64,000 bases of DNA from Malacoraja senta (Eukaryota): NCBI GenBank assembly GCA_038087875.1, contig CM075985.1, positions 6,882,001-6,946,000 on the forward strand, read 5' to 3'. Below are positions 26,494-39,518 of the stretch, piece by piece (position 1 is the first letter of the stretch; each line of letters starts with the position of its first letter). Made by a program: the position numbers and the translations under genes. The notes under the pieces were generated by a model. It was not told the origin of the DNA. It ran no database searches and saw only the letters and a program-made list of their open reading frames with translations.

Positions 26494-26966
26494 TGTTATG
26501 TTTCAACTATGTTTCAGTACCTTCCTGCCGGTACTTGTGAATGGTCCAGAAGAGTGGCCTCACCAAAGATGTTTCTTCATCTAATGATAATGTTTCTTTA
26601 CTTAATGGAAGTGTTTCTCCCTGAGTGCTATGTGTTGAAACTATGTTATATACTGTTATATGATTGGGCCAAAGAGTTGTCATTCTATGTATTTTGCAGC
26701 CGGTATTGGTAATTGGCTTGTAGGGGTTGCCTCCAAAAAGCACCCTTAGTTTGGAAAGGTATAAAGGAGTGGGGAACACATTGGGCTGTGCCGATTATAT
26801 TTAGTCTGTTCTATTTGCACGAGGCTGTATTGGGCTCGAGTAAGAGGTACCGAGGATCGGTCCCGCGCGGTATTGTATACAATAACATAGAGTTGGAATT
26901 CCAGTGCTCGTATTCGGTGTTTGACTGGATCAGACTAGGGGGGTAAGTTTAGATCTGGAATTAACA
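26494..26966 (+). repeat. Candidate solo LTR
   Basis: TGTTA...TAACA ends, TATAAA near 26760, CpG-richer 3' half; no clear TSD. Confidence 0.35.
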
Positions 26967-27671
26967 CTTTCATCAAGGATCCCACCATCTGGGTCATGCC
27001 CTCTTCTCTCTGCTATAGTTGAGCAGAAAGGACAGAAGTTGATGTCCCACACACCAGGCTCAGGAATGGCTATGAGAGACACAAAATGCTGGAGTAACTC
27101 AGCGGGACAGGCAGCTTCTCTGGAGAGAAGGAATGGGTGACGTTTCAGGTTCAGACCTTTCTTCAGACAGGAATAGCTACTTTCCTACAACTATTAGGTT
27201 CTTGAGCCAATCAACCTAACCCAACCCGGACATTGTAGCACTACGACCCAGCTCTTGCACTGCCATCCACTAGTTTTTTTTTCTAATTTTATTTTGCATC
27301 TTGTTTTTTTGCTATCTTCTTTCTTTTAGAAATTGCATGTGTAATTTATGTATAATGAATGTCAAATTTGTTTTTGTATGTTTATCTGAGTCTATGTGCT
27401 TGTGATGCTGCTGCATGCAAAGTTTTTCATTGTTCTTGCACTTCACTTGTATATATAAAAATAAACTTTATTTGACTTGATTGAGTCTTTGCAAATATCT
27501 TACTCCACATGAATAACATACTTGAATATAATTCTTGCCTTTTACCCGGAGTCGGGTATTTCATGTTTACCAAATGCTTGTTATTTTGGAAAAATTTCGG
27601 TTTGACTATCATTTATGCCATAATTCTGTATTTTGACCATTTATCAAGCAACTTTTTCCCCTTTGCTCTAG

Positions 27672-27728
27672 GGAGACCCACATGGTGTTTCAGGACCACA
27701 AGGATACAAAGGAAATAAAGGGGATCCG
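27672..27728 (+). CDS. Collagen exon, 57 nt, GDPHGVSGPQGYKGNKGDP
   Basis: ctctag|GGA...CCG|gtatga; 19-aa exon with an N-terminal interruption as in COL7A1 GDSAVILGPPGPRGAKGDM. Confidence 0.92.
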
Positions 27729-28859
27729 GTATGAAAACACCAGTTATTTAATTTGGCACATAATTTGCCTGAATAATCCTAATTCTTATTTTCAGTTTTT
27801 CCAGGTAAAGTCTGATTTGAAGGTAAAACATTTGCGTGGAAAAGGGGAAAATACAAAGGAATGGGCTGAATTAGATCATTCTTTCAAAAACCCAACACAA
27901 GGACAAACACAAGGAGAAGGGTCTCGACCCAAAATGTCACCCATTCCATCTCTCCAGAGATGCTGCCTGTCCCACCGAGTTACTCCAACATTTTGTGTCT
28001 ACCTTCAATTTAAACCAGCATCTGCAGTTCTTTCCTACACAAGAACAACCTGTTTGTTGTCTAATCTGGGCCATCAAGTATGTTACTGAAGGATATAACA
28101 TCAGCTGGAGTAGGCCAGCATGTCCCACAAGACTGCCCCACTGTTCAATATGATCATGGCTTATCTATCTCAGGCCTCATCTCTGCTTCTGGGCAGTTCC
28201 TCATCGCCCCCAATTCCCTGATCTTTCAAAAATGCATCCACATCCTATTTAGATATCCCCAATAAATCCCGTCAACAGAACGCATGGTGTAAGGAAAAGA
28301 TTCTCTTTTCCATAACACCTATACAAGAGATCCCAGCATTCCATTTGGGTAACGAAAATTCACAATGGCAGAATTCACAAATCATCACCAAAAAAAGAGA
28401 TTATGAATTCACTCACAGAATTTATGTGGTAAACAAGTAAATAAATAAACATTTTTTACCACTCCCATTTCATGATGCATGTGCAGATGATAGCTTACAT
28501 TAAGGGAAATCACAATATGAATAATTTTCTAGCATCCCATGTACCTTGTACCTTCCGAAGAGTCCACCAGGAACTATACTGGAAGTTCGACAATTTTATA
28601 CCGGACAATTTTTATCAAGCCAATTAATCAAGCCAATTAACCTACAAACCTTGCTGTAAGGTAGCAACTCTACTGATGCGCCACTGTGAAAGCCATGTAC
28701 TGCGGGGATCAACTATACTGATACATTTGGTGATATTCACTATGAATGCCCAGTAGATAATACCAATGAATATAATTAACAAGACAGAGGCAGGATTTGA
28801 AACTAAAATAATATTATGCTCTAAGAAGGAGCATGTACAATACGTTCCAAGTGTTAGTT

Positions 28860-29590
28860 TTCACTCGGTCACAGCGGACTCTTCCCTAAGCCACAAGGTT
28901 CTGGATTCTAGATACACTCCAGGGACTTGAGCACTAAATTTATGTTGTTACTCCAGTGCAGTACTTGGAGAATTTCGTTTAGTTTAGTTTAGCTTAGAGA
29001 TATAGCGCAGAAACAGGCCCTTTGGCCGAACAGCCATTCCCGCACATTAACAGTATCCTACACACACTGGGGACAATTTACACTTATACCAAGTATACAA
29101 ACCCAGCCCATTAACCTACAAACCTGTAGGTCTTTGGAGTGTGGGAGGAGACCTCGGAGAAAATCCACGGGGTCACGGGGAGAACGTACAAACTCCTTAC
29201 AGGCAACACCCGTAGTCGGGATCAAGCCCTGGTCTCTGGTGCTGTAAGCACTGTAAGGCAGCAACGTTACCGCCGTGCCACCATGCCGACCAAATTTAGC
29301 ACTATCATAAATGTCATTTGATGAGAGGTTGGTACAGACCCATTTGCCCTTTCATTGTGAATGCAAATGATCTCATCACACTTTTCAAAACAGATGAGGT
29401 GAATACTCCAGGTCAATATTTATCCCTGAATAAATGCCTCTTAAAGAAGATATCTGGTCATTTATTGCATTGCTGTCTTTGGGAGTGCGCCATACGCAAT
29501 TATCTATTGCCATGGGCACAACATCAGAATTGGCTGTGAGAGACTTTTAGATGTCATGAGGTTGAGAATGGTGCATTATAAATGCAAACT
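28860..29590 (+). mobile_element. Degenerate Deu-domain SINE (SacSINE1-like), interrupted by a V-SINE
   Basis: ggtcaatatttatccct...gatatctggtcatttattgcattgctgtctttgggag...attggctgtgag..tgagg..ggtgcattataaatgcaa resembles the Deu domain and tail as recalled. Confidence 0.55.
28977..29288 (-). mobile_element. V-SINE (HE1-like) inserted in a Deu-domain SINE
   Basis: Same head/V-domain/tail as 5737-6058. Confidence 0.8.
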
Positions 29591-29949
29591 ACACCGTTAA
29601 AGTGATAAAACTATCAAAACCTGGATGAGATTCTGCTTAAGAATAGGACTAATGTACAAGATACAATTTATTTGTTGTCATTTGAACCTCATTGAGGTTC
29701 AAACAAAATTTGATGTAAATCAGAATAAATGCTGCTAAGAAATAACCAAAAGCTGAATGGAACATGATGGCTCCTGGGCTACTGCGATCTGAGAATGTCG
29801 CATCAATCATGTTGTATGAAACTTGAAATATCCTTTTTTTTAAAGAATTAAACTTATTGGATGGATTGTCAATACATTGCACACTTTATGTTGGAAAAAC
29901 AAATTTAACAAACGTCTTTTTATGCCATGTAGTTTCCATGTCATTGTAG

Positions 29950-30021
29950 GGCTACAGAGGTCCAGCTGGATTTGATGGTGATAAAGGAGAGAAAGGTGAA
30001 GATGGACCCCCAGGATTAAAG
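29950..30021 (+). CDS. Collagen exon, 72 nt, GYRGPAGFDGDKGEKGEDGPPGLK
   Basis: ttgtag|GGC...AAG|gtgaag; cf. COL7A1 GERGPRGLDGDKGPRGDNGDPGDK. Confidence 0.93.
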
Positions 30022-30494
30022 GTGAAGATTTCTCCTACAATTATGGTTGGGTTGAGATCAATCAATAAAGGGTCTTTTTATTGGAATAAATGCTCTCTTT
30101 CTACTTCTAAGTTACTGTTTTCTACCTGGTTGTTGACGCACATTGGTCAAAAGTATTTAACATTAAACCTCAGTCCATTCTAACTGCCTGCAAAATATCG
30201 GCAGCAACGTAGCTAAAAAGCTAATTCACAATAAGGTCAGTTGTTTGATGAAAGGCTGCTTTCTACAGAAGAGAAATGAATGGAGCAGACTGACAGAATG
30301 GACCATTTCAGAGAGTTTAATAGTATTAGAGACATTCATAGACAAGGAAGATCTAACGGTGCAAGGGATACATTCAGATAATTATACTAATACCACTCTC
30401 TCATCACAAAATCTTAATTGTAGCAAGCATTGTTTAGGGAAAGAGTCTAAAATGCTCCTTACTCCATTTAAAGCTAGGTCTCTTAACTTAACAA

Positions 30495-31160
30495 CAAAAA
30501 ATATGTTGGATGAACAGCAGGGACAAGCAGCATCTGTGGGGGAAAAGGAATTGTCGTGTTTTGTTCAAAATCCTGCATCAGGACTGCGAACGGAGGGGGA
30601 AGTGAACCAGGATAAAGAGGGGCCAGTAGGTGATGGGTGGACTAAAGAGAGGTAGAGGACAACAGGCAGCTACAGCCAGGTATGGGGACGGAAGGGTGAA
30701 GGTGGGGCCAGCTAGGAGGGTGACAAGCGAGAACATAAAGTCTACAGCTGCAGGAATGTGATAAGTAAGGAAGGTTATGATGAGAACCTTTAGGGGTGAG
30801 GAGAAAAGCCAAATGGAAGCAGAACCAGAAGGGGGAGAGGGGAGCTCCCGTGGCTGAAATGTGTGGGTAGTAGTTGGATGGAAGCAGGTAGGGCAGGGAG
30901 ACGAAAATCGGTGGAAGGTGGGTCTGGGGTGAAAAGGATCAAAAATTAGAGAGCCTGAGGTGGTCAGAAAGAGGGAAACTGGGGAGAACACAGGAGATAA
31001 GGGTTATCTTAGATTGGAAAATTCAATATTTATACCTTTGGGTTGTAGACTACTCGGGCAGAATATGAGATATTTTCCTTTAATATGTATTGGGCCTTAG
31101 GGCCTTGATGATGGATAAGTCGGTGTGGGAATGGGAAGGGGGTTGATGTGGCATGCAATG
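30495..31160 (-). mobile_element. Degenerate Penelope-like 3' end
   Basis: Decayed terminal repeat, purine-rich linker and ttggaaaattcaatatt..gggttgtagactac..cagaatatgag, similar to 48265-48322. Confidence 0.55.
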
Positions 31161-31433
31161 GTGTAGCCATTGTGGACAGTACCTGCAGTCTCTTGTATCT
31201 CTTAATTTATCATATTGTTCCTCTACCAATATACTGTGGATGGAAATTGCTAGTTTTACTTGATCATTTTTGAAGGTCAGCCTCTTCACTGTATTTCCAC
31301 GGGTAGTGGGTGGATGAATTAGAGTCTATTAGTCAGTTTCCTGTCCATGTGTTCTGCTATTTGATCAAATCTTCTTCAGGATTGTTACGCATTGTCCGGT
31401 AATCTTAAGGTCATATTTATGTTTCCTTCCAAG

Positions 31434-31505
31434 GGTCATAAAGGAGAGTCAGGGTCAAAAGGATCAATGGGTTTATTCGGGGCCAGAGGTCCAGCAGGAC
31501 AGAAG
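31434..31505 (+). CDS. Collagen exon, 72 nt, GHKGESGSKGSMGLFGARGPAGQK
   Basis: ttccaag|GGT...AAG|gtttgt; cf. COL7A1 GSKGEPGDKGSAGLPGLRGLLGPQ. Confidence 0.93.
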
Positions 31506-34500
31506 GTTTGTGTTGTTGTCTAATCGTGATTATGTAAAAAACTACAATCATTTTGAAAAGATGACATGATTATAATGAAGCTCCGATTGTTTAAACAGTC
31601 ATCTGAAACCCTTAAGCTATAATTACTGTCTTCTAATTGCTTTTGAGCATTTGATTATGCAGTTGATTTTGCAACTGTCTAATCTGGTTTACCACTTACA
31701 GTATCAACTATCACAGGTTGTGACAGATAATGTCTCACTGGGAAAACAAGAGGCATTTTAATCCCCTAAACCACATGCTAACAGAAACTAAATGTGGAGT
31801 CTTAAGAATATAGAAACTGTTCTGCAGATTTTTGTAGTGTTTCTACTATTCCGTTCTATCACAGCTGGGTAATGTTTGCTGAGTTTGACTTGACTTAAAA
31901 CAAAGCTTTTCCACTGTACCTCGGTACACGCAATGAGAATAAACCTGAACCAACATCCTTTGATGTATCATTTTTAGTTTTAAACATTTCAATTGAACCT
32001 CCCATCCTTCGCCCCAAACAAGCTCTGCTCGGACAAGCTTTTGGGGAAACGGGCTTAGATACAGAATTTACCACTCTTCAAAGAAATGCATTCTTAAATC
32101 ACTTCTGAGCATATCTGTGTCGATTCCAACTACATACAAATATGTTGTGGTTTATAATGTCACCTCAGCACATTCATTGGACTGTTTCTATGGTAACGAA
32201 ACCCATCTTGACTGAAGCAATGTCAGAAACATTGGGTAATCTTTGCAATCTATAATCTCTGCAATATTGCTCCTTACAAAGGCAAATAACAGAGGTAGTA
32301 CTACCTCCAAAACATCCTTTACACAGCCAATTCTCAACCGCAACAGCAATGTATCAACATTCATACCACACAGTGCACTGTTTTCTTTGGTACAATCACA
32401 AATATATATTCTACTCCCCTTTGAAACAAATAAACCCTTACAGACTATCCATATTCTATATACAAATAGTTTTCAACTCAATTATAAATTAAATCAATGG
32501 GTTTAACCTCTGAGATTTCATCAACTATAAAGGTGTTTTTGTTAATACTTAAGTGTGCTATCCAGGTGCCCTCAGTCCTATGGGCTGTCAACTTCCAGAT
32601 TTTGGGCTACCTATGTCTCTTGCTCAATGTCCTACCCAGTGATAGCTGTTTTATAGAGCTAATTCTGTGATTCAAATCCATGTTCATCTTGTATGTCATG
32701 TACTTAATCAGTACACTCCTGGCATCATCCACCTTTACCAATTAATGAATTACAATATAATTGCTGACTAACAGGAACTCTACAATTTACTGTACACCAA
32801 CAATTTACCAGTCCTAAGTTACATGATAGTTGAAATACTCTAACATTGGACCTCTTGACTTTTTTATAACATTACACCCCTCCTAACTCCTCTCTTTTTC
32901 CTCCATTAAATCTGCCAAGTTGGGCTGCACCAAGCTGCTGCATATGCAACTGGCAACATCAGCATCTTAGCGAGGGAACATCATGTGGTGGAGTGGGGGT
33001 GGTCCTGAACAAAGGAAAAACAGTTAGCTATTGACACATGGACTACTTGGTCCTCTTGTGTAATAACTACTGTCTCGTTGCTTCTGTCATTATGTGACCG
33101 ATCAAGGATAGTCTGATGGTCACCAATGAGGTAGATAGGAGTTCAGAGCAGTCCAGAACTATGATCTACCTCATAGGTGACCGTCAGACTATCCTTTATC
33201 AGACTTTGCTGGATTTACCTTGCACTAAACTTGATTCCCTTATCATGTATCTATACACTGTAAATGGCTCGATTGTAATCATGTATTGTCTTTCCACTGA
33301 CTGGATAGCATGCAACAAAAGCTTTTCACTATGCCTTGGTACACGTGGCAATAAACTAAACTGTTCAAGCTGTGGACTGAAAGTTCACCTTCCTCATGGA
33401 AAGTTAGATGGTAATGGGTCTTAAGATATATCGAATTCTAATAGAGTGAAGGAATCTGAGAAATTGTGTCGACCTGAACTATGGAGTACCATCCTTAGGA
33501 CTATCATGAGTTTCAAAATCTGACCACAAAGCTTTTTTGATTTATTCTGTAGAGGTTTATGATCTGAACCCACAGAACAATACTGCACACTGCCAAAGGA
33601 GTCATATTGAACAACTATACGTGTCACAACCCATTAACAAATTATATACATCCATGTGAATCACCACATTCATTTATTGTAACTGCAACCTTCCAGTTAT
33701 TAACATGCTTTAGGCACCCATCCACAGCAATAGATAACCATAGAAGATAGAATAGTATAACATGAGATCGTTAATTGCTTTGTTCTGTGTCCTCCCTTCA
33801 GAACTGTGATAATATCAATCATCCTCAGTAATCTCCGTTTTCATTCCATGTACTCATGCTGTTTTCGCTAACTGTTATCTAGAGAGCCCCACACTTTGAT
33901 CTCACTGTCTCTCTGCTCCCTCAAGTACTCATATTCCCAATGTGATGTCAAGGCACTGTTTGCAACATAATCTGCTAATTCAGGAAAATAACAGGTAAAG
34001 CTACCAACAAAGCATTATTTATTGAAGACAGTTAACTTTCAACAAACATTGATGGTTGGTACACAATGCATCAAAGGTCATACAACATGCTACACTAATT
34101 TCTTACAGGTACACTTGTAGAACAATCCTGAAGGATTCTAATTTCAAAATTAATTTAAATACAAATATGAAAAAAGACATTGCAGAAGATTGTGACCCAA
34201 AACGTCTTACTTAGTCATGTACTCCAGAAATGCTGCATGACTCGCTAAGTTTCTCCAGCACTCTGTGTCTTTTTTTATAAACCAGCATCCGCAGTACCTT
34301 GTGTCTCAAATGAAATTTGGTGTTCTTTTCTGCCTTTTGTATCATATGACATCCAAAAATTGGGGATCTGGTGCTCATCCCTACAAAATACTCTGGACAA
34401 TGGGGGCCAAATGGAATTTTCAAGGTTAAGTTCAAGACGTTTTTGTTTTGTGAGGTTTAACAAGGAATATGAATAAAGATGGTTAGTATAGTCAAGGCAT

Positions 34501-34930
34501 AGATCAGATGCAGGCTCAAGAAGCTGTAAGATCAGCCCTGCTTGAAGAACAACGGAAATCATAATGTGCCAAGAACATTGTTTTTTATAGTTGTACTCCT
34601 GGCACATTAGCAGACTCTGCCAGATTTTCCATCCGATACATAAAGATTCAGTTGAGTTATGATGTCCTCCATAGTTTAGTAGCCCGCCAAAGGTCACCAT
34701 TAGCATTTCCCATAAATCTTGGCGACTTGAGAGTTGTGTCTAGTACGAGGAAGAGGTTAATCTTGGTGCAGAGATATGTAACAGTTTTGGGGACGTGATA
34801 GGTTTGGGATTTGTTCATGAAAATCATAGACCTCTAAAATCATTTTGATAGTCCAGAGATACAGCCCCTCCTCCAATGTACGGCAGCAAGTTCCAAAGTC
34901 CTAATATGGGGGAAAGTGTGCTGTCACTGT

Positions 34931-35130
34931 NNNNNNNNNNNNNNNNNNNNNNNNNNNNNNNNNNNNNNNNNNNNNNNNNNNNNNNNNNNNNNNNNNNNNN
35001 NNNNNNNNNNNNNNNNNNNNNNNNNNNNNNNNNNNNNNNNNNNNNNNNNNNNNNNNNNNNNNNNNNNNNNNNNNNNNNNNNNNNNNNNNNNNNNNNNNNN
35101 NNNNNNNNNNNNNNNNNNNNNNNNNNNNNN
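34931..35130. other. Assembly gap (200 N)
   Basis: Run of N. Confidence 1.
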
Positions 35131-35569
35131 GTGGGTTCTGTTTTGTTTTATTGTATTGTAAATATTATTTTAAATAATTTAATACATTTTTTGATAATTA
35201 AAAAAAACAAAAAAAACTGTGTAGGTGCCCCATACCAGCTTCATCTGAGGCCACGAGAGAGTGATTTTGCTGTGTACTGGCCATGCAAGGTATCGGCCGT
35301 ATAACTGGTGCAATCATTCTGATCTTTTGTGGCAAACTCCCAAATATTGTTTAGAGAGATCGGTCCCTATAAGGAATGCTCAAGTAACCTTTGTTCCAAT
35401 CCATTAAAATCTATTCCCCTGGAAAAATGTATGATACCTTGTCAAATATTTAAACATGAATTACCTCCTTATGCCTCTACTGTGATCCAAGCAGCCTCAT
35501 ATTTCATGTGTACAGAAGTGTGTAAAATACACAGTGCAATTTCTTGTCCAAACTTTCTTTAGTAATCAT

Positions 35570-36425
35570 ACTCTCATTTTCCTTTTCGCCACCTCCAACG
35601 GGATCCCACCACTGGCAAAGGGCAGAGTCCCCCTTGTCCTCACCTTCCACCCTACCAGCCGTCACATTCAAAAATAATCCTCCGACATTTTCACCACCTT
35701 CAACGGGATCCCACCACTGGCCACATCTTCCCATCTCCCCTTTCGGCTTGCTGCAAAGACCGCTCCCTCCGTAACTCCCTGGTCAATTCGTCCCTTCCCA
35801 CCCAAACCACCCCCTCCCCTGGTACTTTCCCTTGCAACCGCAGGAAATCCTACACTTGTCGCTTTACCACCCCTCTTGACTCCATCCAAGGACATAAGCA
35901 GTCTTTCCAGGTGCGGCAGTGGTTCACCTGCACCTCCTCCAACCTCATCTATTGCATCCGCTGCTCTAGGTGTCAGCTGCTCTACATCGGTGAGACCAAG
36001 CGGAGGCTTGGCGATCGCTTCGCCCAACACCTTAGCTCAGTTCGCAATAACCAACCTGATCTCCCGGTGGCTCAGCACTTCAACTCCCCCTCCCATTCTG
36101 AATCCGACCTTTCTGTCCTGGGTCTCCGCCATGGCCAGAGTGAGTCCCACCGTAAATTGGAGGAGCAGCACCTCATATTTCGCTTGGGTAGTTTATAACC
36201 CAGCAGTATGAACATTGACTTCTCCAATTTCAGGTAGTCCTTGCTTTCTCCCTCTTTCCCCTCCCCTTCCCATGTCTCCCATGGTACACTGTCTCTGCCT
36301 CTTCCTTTCTTCTTCCCACCCCCACATCAGTCAGAAGAAGGGTCTCGACCTGAAACGTCACCTATTCCTTTGCTCCACAGATGCTGCCTCACCCGCTGAG
36401 TTTCTCCAGCATTTTCATCTACCTC
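35570..36425 (+). mobile_element. Penelope-like element 3' part (GIY-YIG endonuclease + terminal repeat)
   Basis: FTCTSSNLIYCIRCSRCQLLYIGETKRRLGDRFAQH in ORF 35911-36198; terminal repeat with a mutated hammerhead core at 36332-36360. Confidence 0.9.
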
Positions 36426-36571
36426 CCATTTTCCTTTGGATACTTTATATTTACAGCAATCACTTTTAAATCGATTCTATGACTGTACCTATACATTAAA
36501 ACTCTGCACCGCCTATTATGGGGTGAAGTTATCTATTCTTCTTTGAAACCTGAAATGCATCACCACAATAT

Positions 36572-36890
36572 GGCATGGTGGCGTAGCAGTAGATTTGCTG
36601 CCTTACTGCGCCAGAGACCCGGGTTCGATCCTGACTACCAGTGCTGTCTGTACAGAGTTTGTACGTTCTCCCCGTGATCGCGTGGGTTTTCTCCGAGATC
36701 TTTGGTTTCCTCCCACACTCCAAAAGACGTACAGGTTTGTAGGTTAATTGGCTTGGATTTGTATACTTGGTATAAGTGTTAATTGTCACGAGTATGCGTA
36801 AGATAGTGTTAATGTGCGGGGATCGCTAGTCGGTGCGAATTCGGTGGGTCGAAGGGCCTTTTTCCGCACTGTATCTCTAAACTAAACTAA
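36572..36890 (+). mobile_element. V-SINE (HE1-like), full length
   Basis: ggtggcgtagcagtaga A-box, ggttcgatcc B-box, V-domain, ctctaaactaaactaa tail. Confidence 0.87.
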
Positions 36891-37239
36891 TATTCTAAAG
36901 TTTCTTCTGTTGATCATGTTTCTGATTTAACTAGTTTGCTGGCAGGTTAAACAATGAGCTTTCCCAAGCATAATTGATGCTGTTTGGAATCCATATCATA
37001 GTCACGTCTGAAATCAAGGAACGATGGAGCAAGTGAAAATCTTGCTCGTTGGTTTTAAATTTGTATAAGACATAATATATTTAAATAATCAAACATTCTA
37101 CTTTCGTACAGTACAAATTTCATGCCACCGTCACTATTACCAATATCACCGTGCAATTGTCTATTAATCCCCTCTTTTCTGTGCGTGCAAAGTGAAGAGA
37201 ATGGTTGGGTCGGCAGTAACAGGCATTTCATTTTTTTAG

Positions 37240-37293
37240 GGGTCACGGGGTCTTCCAGGCCAAAGAGGACAATCAGGAATCGGCGCTGAAAAG
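37240..37293 (+). CDS. Collagen exon, 54 nt, GSRGLPGQRGQSGIGAEK
   Basis: tttttag|GGG...AAG|gtggtt (weak donor); last triplet has Ala at the Gly position. Confidence 0.85.
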
Positions 37294-38809
37294 GTGGTTG
37301 GAGGTTTTAAAAAAAATTTTTTTTTTTTATAAAGTGTCCCTCTTGAAAAAGTTTTCAGTTATTCATTTTCCTGATCCATTCTATAATTCGAGGTTATGCA
37401 TGTGAAGATTCACTTTTTAAATTGCTTTGGATTAGTCAATGCAGATTAATGTTTCGCACTTGCCCCTCACAGCTTACGACTATTTGCTTCACAGTGTGGG
37501 AGTTAAGTAAAGAAAAAAAAAATTATATTTATCGGGAGCAAACCAAGCAATAATACTTTTTGATTTTGTTTGTAATTTATGGTATTTTAATGAGCAGTTA
37601 TTATTTCACCAGCATAATGAGTTTGTCTAATAGGAATTGATAGTCTACATCTTACTCCAATCTAGAGTGTTTCTGGCTGATACCTTGTTGCAGTATACAG
37701 TGCATTCAGAAAGTATTCGGACTCCTTCACTTTCTCCACATTTTGTTACATTACAGCTTTATTCTAAAATGGATTAAATTCATTTTTTAATCATCAATCT
37801 ACACACAATACCCCATAAATAAAAAGCAAAAACAGGTGTTTAGAAATTTTGCAGTAATTAAAAAGAAATAACTGAAATATCACATTTACATAAGTATTCA
37901 GACCCTGTACTCAGTACTTTTTTCAGGCACCTTTGGCAGCGATTACAGCCTCAAGTCTTCTTTGGTATGACGCTACAAGCTTGGCACACCTGTATTTGGG
38001 TAATTTATCCCATACTTCTCTGCAGATCCTCTCAAGCTCTGTCAGGTTGGATGGGGATCGTCGATGCACAGCTATTTTCAGGTCTCTCCAGAGATTTTCG
38101 ATTGGGTTCAAGTCCGGGCTCTGGCTTCACCGTAGGTATGGTATTGGCCAGGTGATGAGTGGTGCCTGGTTTCCTCCAGACGTGATGCTTGGCATTCAGG
38201 CGAAAGGTACATGACAGCCTGCTTGGAGTTTGCCAAAGGCACCTAAAGGACTCTCAGACCATGAGAAACAAGATTCTCTGGTCTGATAAAACCAAGATTG
38301 AACTCTTTGGCCTGAATGCCAAGCGTCACGTCTGGAGGAAACCAGGCACCGCTCATCACTTGGCCAATACCATACCTACGGTGAAGCATGGTGGTGGCGG
38401 CATCATGCTGTGGGGATGTTTTTGAGTGGCAGCAACTGGGAGACTAATCAGGATCAAGGGAAAGATGAACGGAGCAAAGTACAGAGAGATCCTTGATGAA
38501 AACCTGCACCAGAGCGTTCTGGACCTCAAACTGGGGCGGAGGTTCACCTTCCAACAGGACAACGACCCTAAGCACACAGCCAAGACAATGCAGGAGTGGC
38601 TGCGTGACAAGTCTGTGAATGTCCTTGAATGGCCCAGCCAGAGCCCGGACTTGAACCCGATCAAACTTCTCTGGAGGGACCTGAAAATAGCTGTGCATCG
38701 ATGCTCCCTATCCAACCTGACAGAGCTTGAGAGGATCTGCAAAGAAGTATGGGAGAAATTACCCAAATACAGGTGTGCCAAGCTTGTAGCGTCATACCCA
38801 AGAAGACTT

Positions 38810-39250
38810 ATAGAAACATAGAAACATAGAAATAGGTGCAGGAGTAGGCCATTCAGCCCTTCGAGCCTGCACCGCCATTCAATATGATCATGGCTGATCA
38901 ACTCAGTATCCTGTACCTGCCTTCTCTCCATACCCCCTGATCCCTTTAGCAACAAGGGCCACATCTAGCTCCCTCTTAAATATAGCCAATGAACTGGCCT
39001 CAACTACCTTCTGTGGCAGAGAGTTCCAGAGATTCACCACTCTCTGTGTGAAAAATGGTTTTCTCATCTCGGTCCTAAAGGATTTCCCCTTTATCCTTAA
39101 ACTGTGACCCCTTGTCCTGGACTTCCCCAACATTGGGGACAATCTTCCTGCATCTAGTCTGTCCAACCCCTTAAGAATTTTGTAAGTTTCTATAAGATCC
39201 CCCCTCAATCTTCTAAATTCTAGCGAGTACAAGCCGAGTCTATTACAACC
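38810..39250 (-). mobile_element. CR1 3' fragment inserted into Tc1 transposase
   Basis: ORF2 C-terminal peptide and tail; ACTT duplicated at 38806-38809 and 39251-39254; Tc1 sequence resumes in register. Confidence 0.9.
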
Positions 39251-39518
39251 ACTTGAGGCTGTAATCGCTGCCAAAGGTGCCTCAACAAAGTACAGAGAGA
39301 TCCTTGCTGAAAACCTGCTCCAGAGCATTCTGGACCTCAGACAGGGGCGGAGGTTCACCTTCCAACAGGGTCTGAATACTTATTTAAATGTGATATTTCA
39401 GTTATTTCTTTTTAATTACTTTGCAAACATTTCTAAACACTTGTTTTCACTTTTTTATTATGGGGTATTGTGTGTAGATTGATGATATACAAAAAGAATT
39501 TAATCCATTTTGGAATAA

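Noticed and set aside
32556-32615. GALSPMGCQ as a missing collagen exon
   Set aside because: Gly periodicity breaks down, the phase does not fit and there is no donor.
34876-35304. ORFs spanning X residues
   Set aside because: Artefacts of the N gap.
36572-36650. tRNA-like A/B boxes
   Set aside because: Heads of V-SINEs, followed by the V-domain; not tRNA genes.
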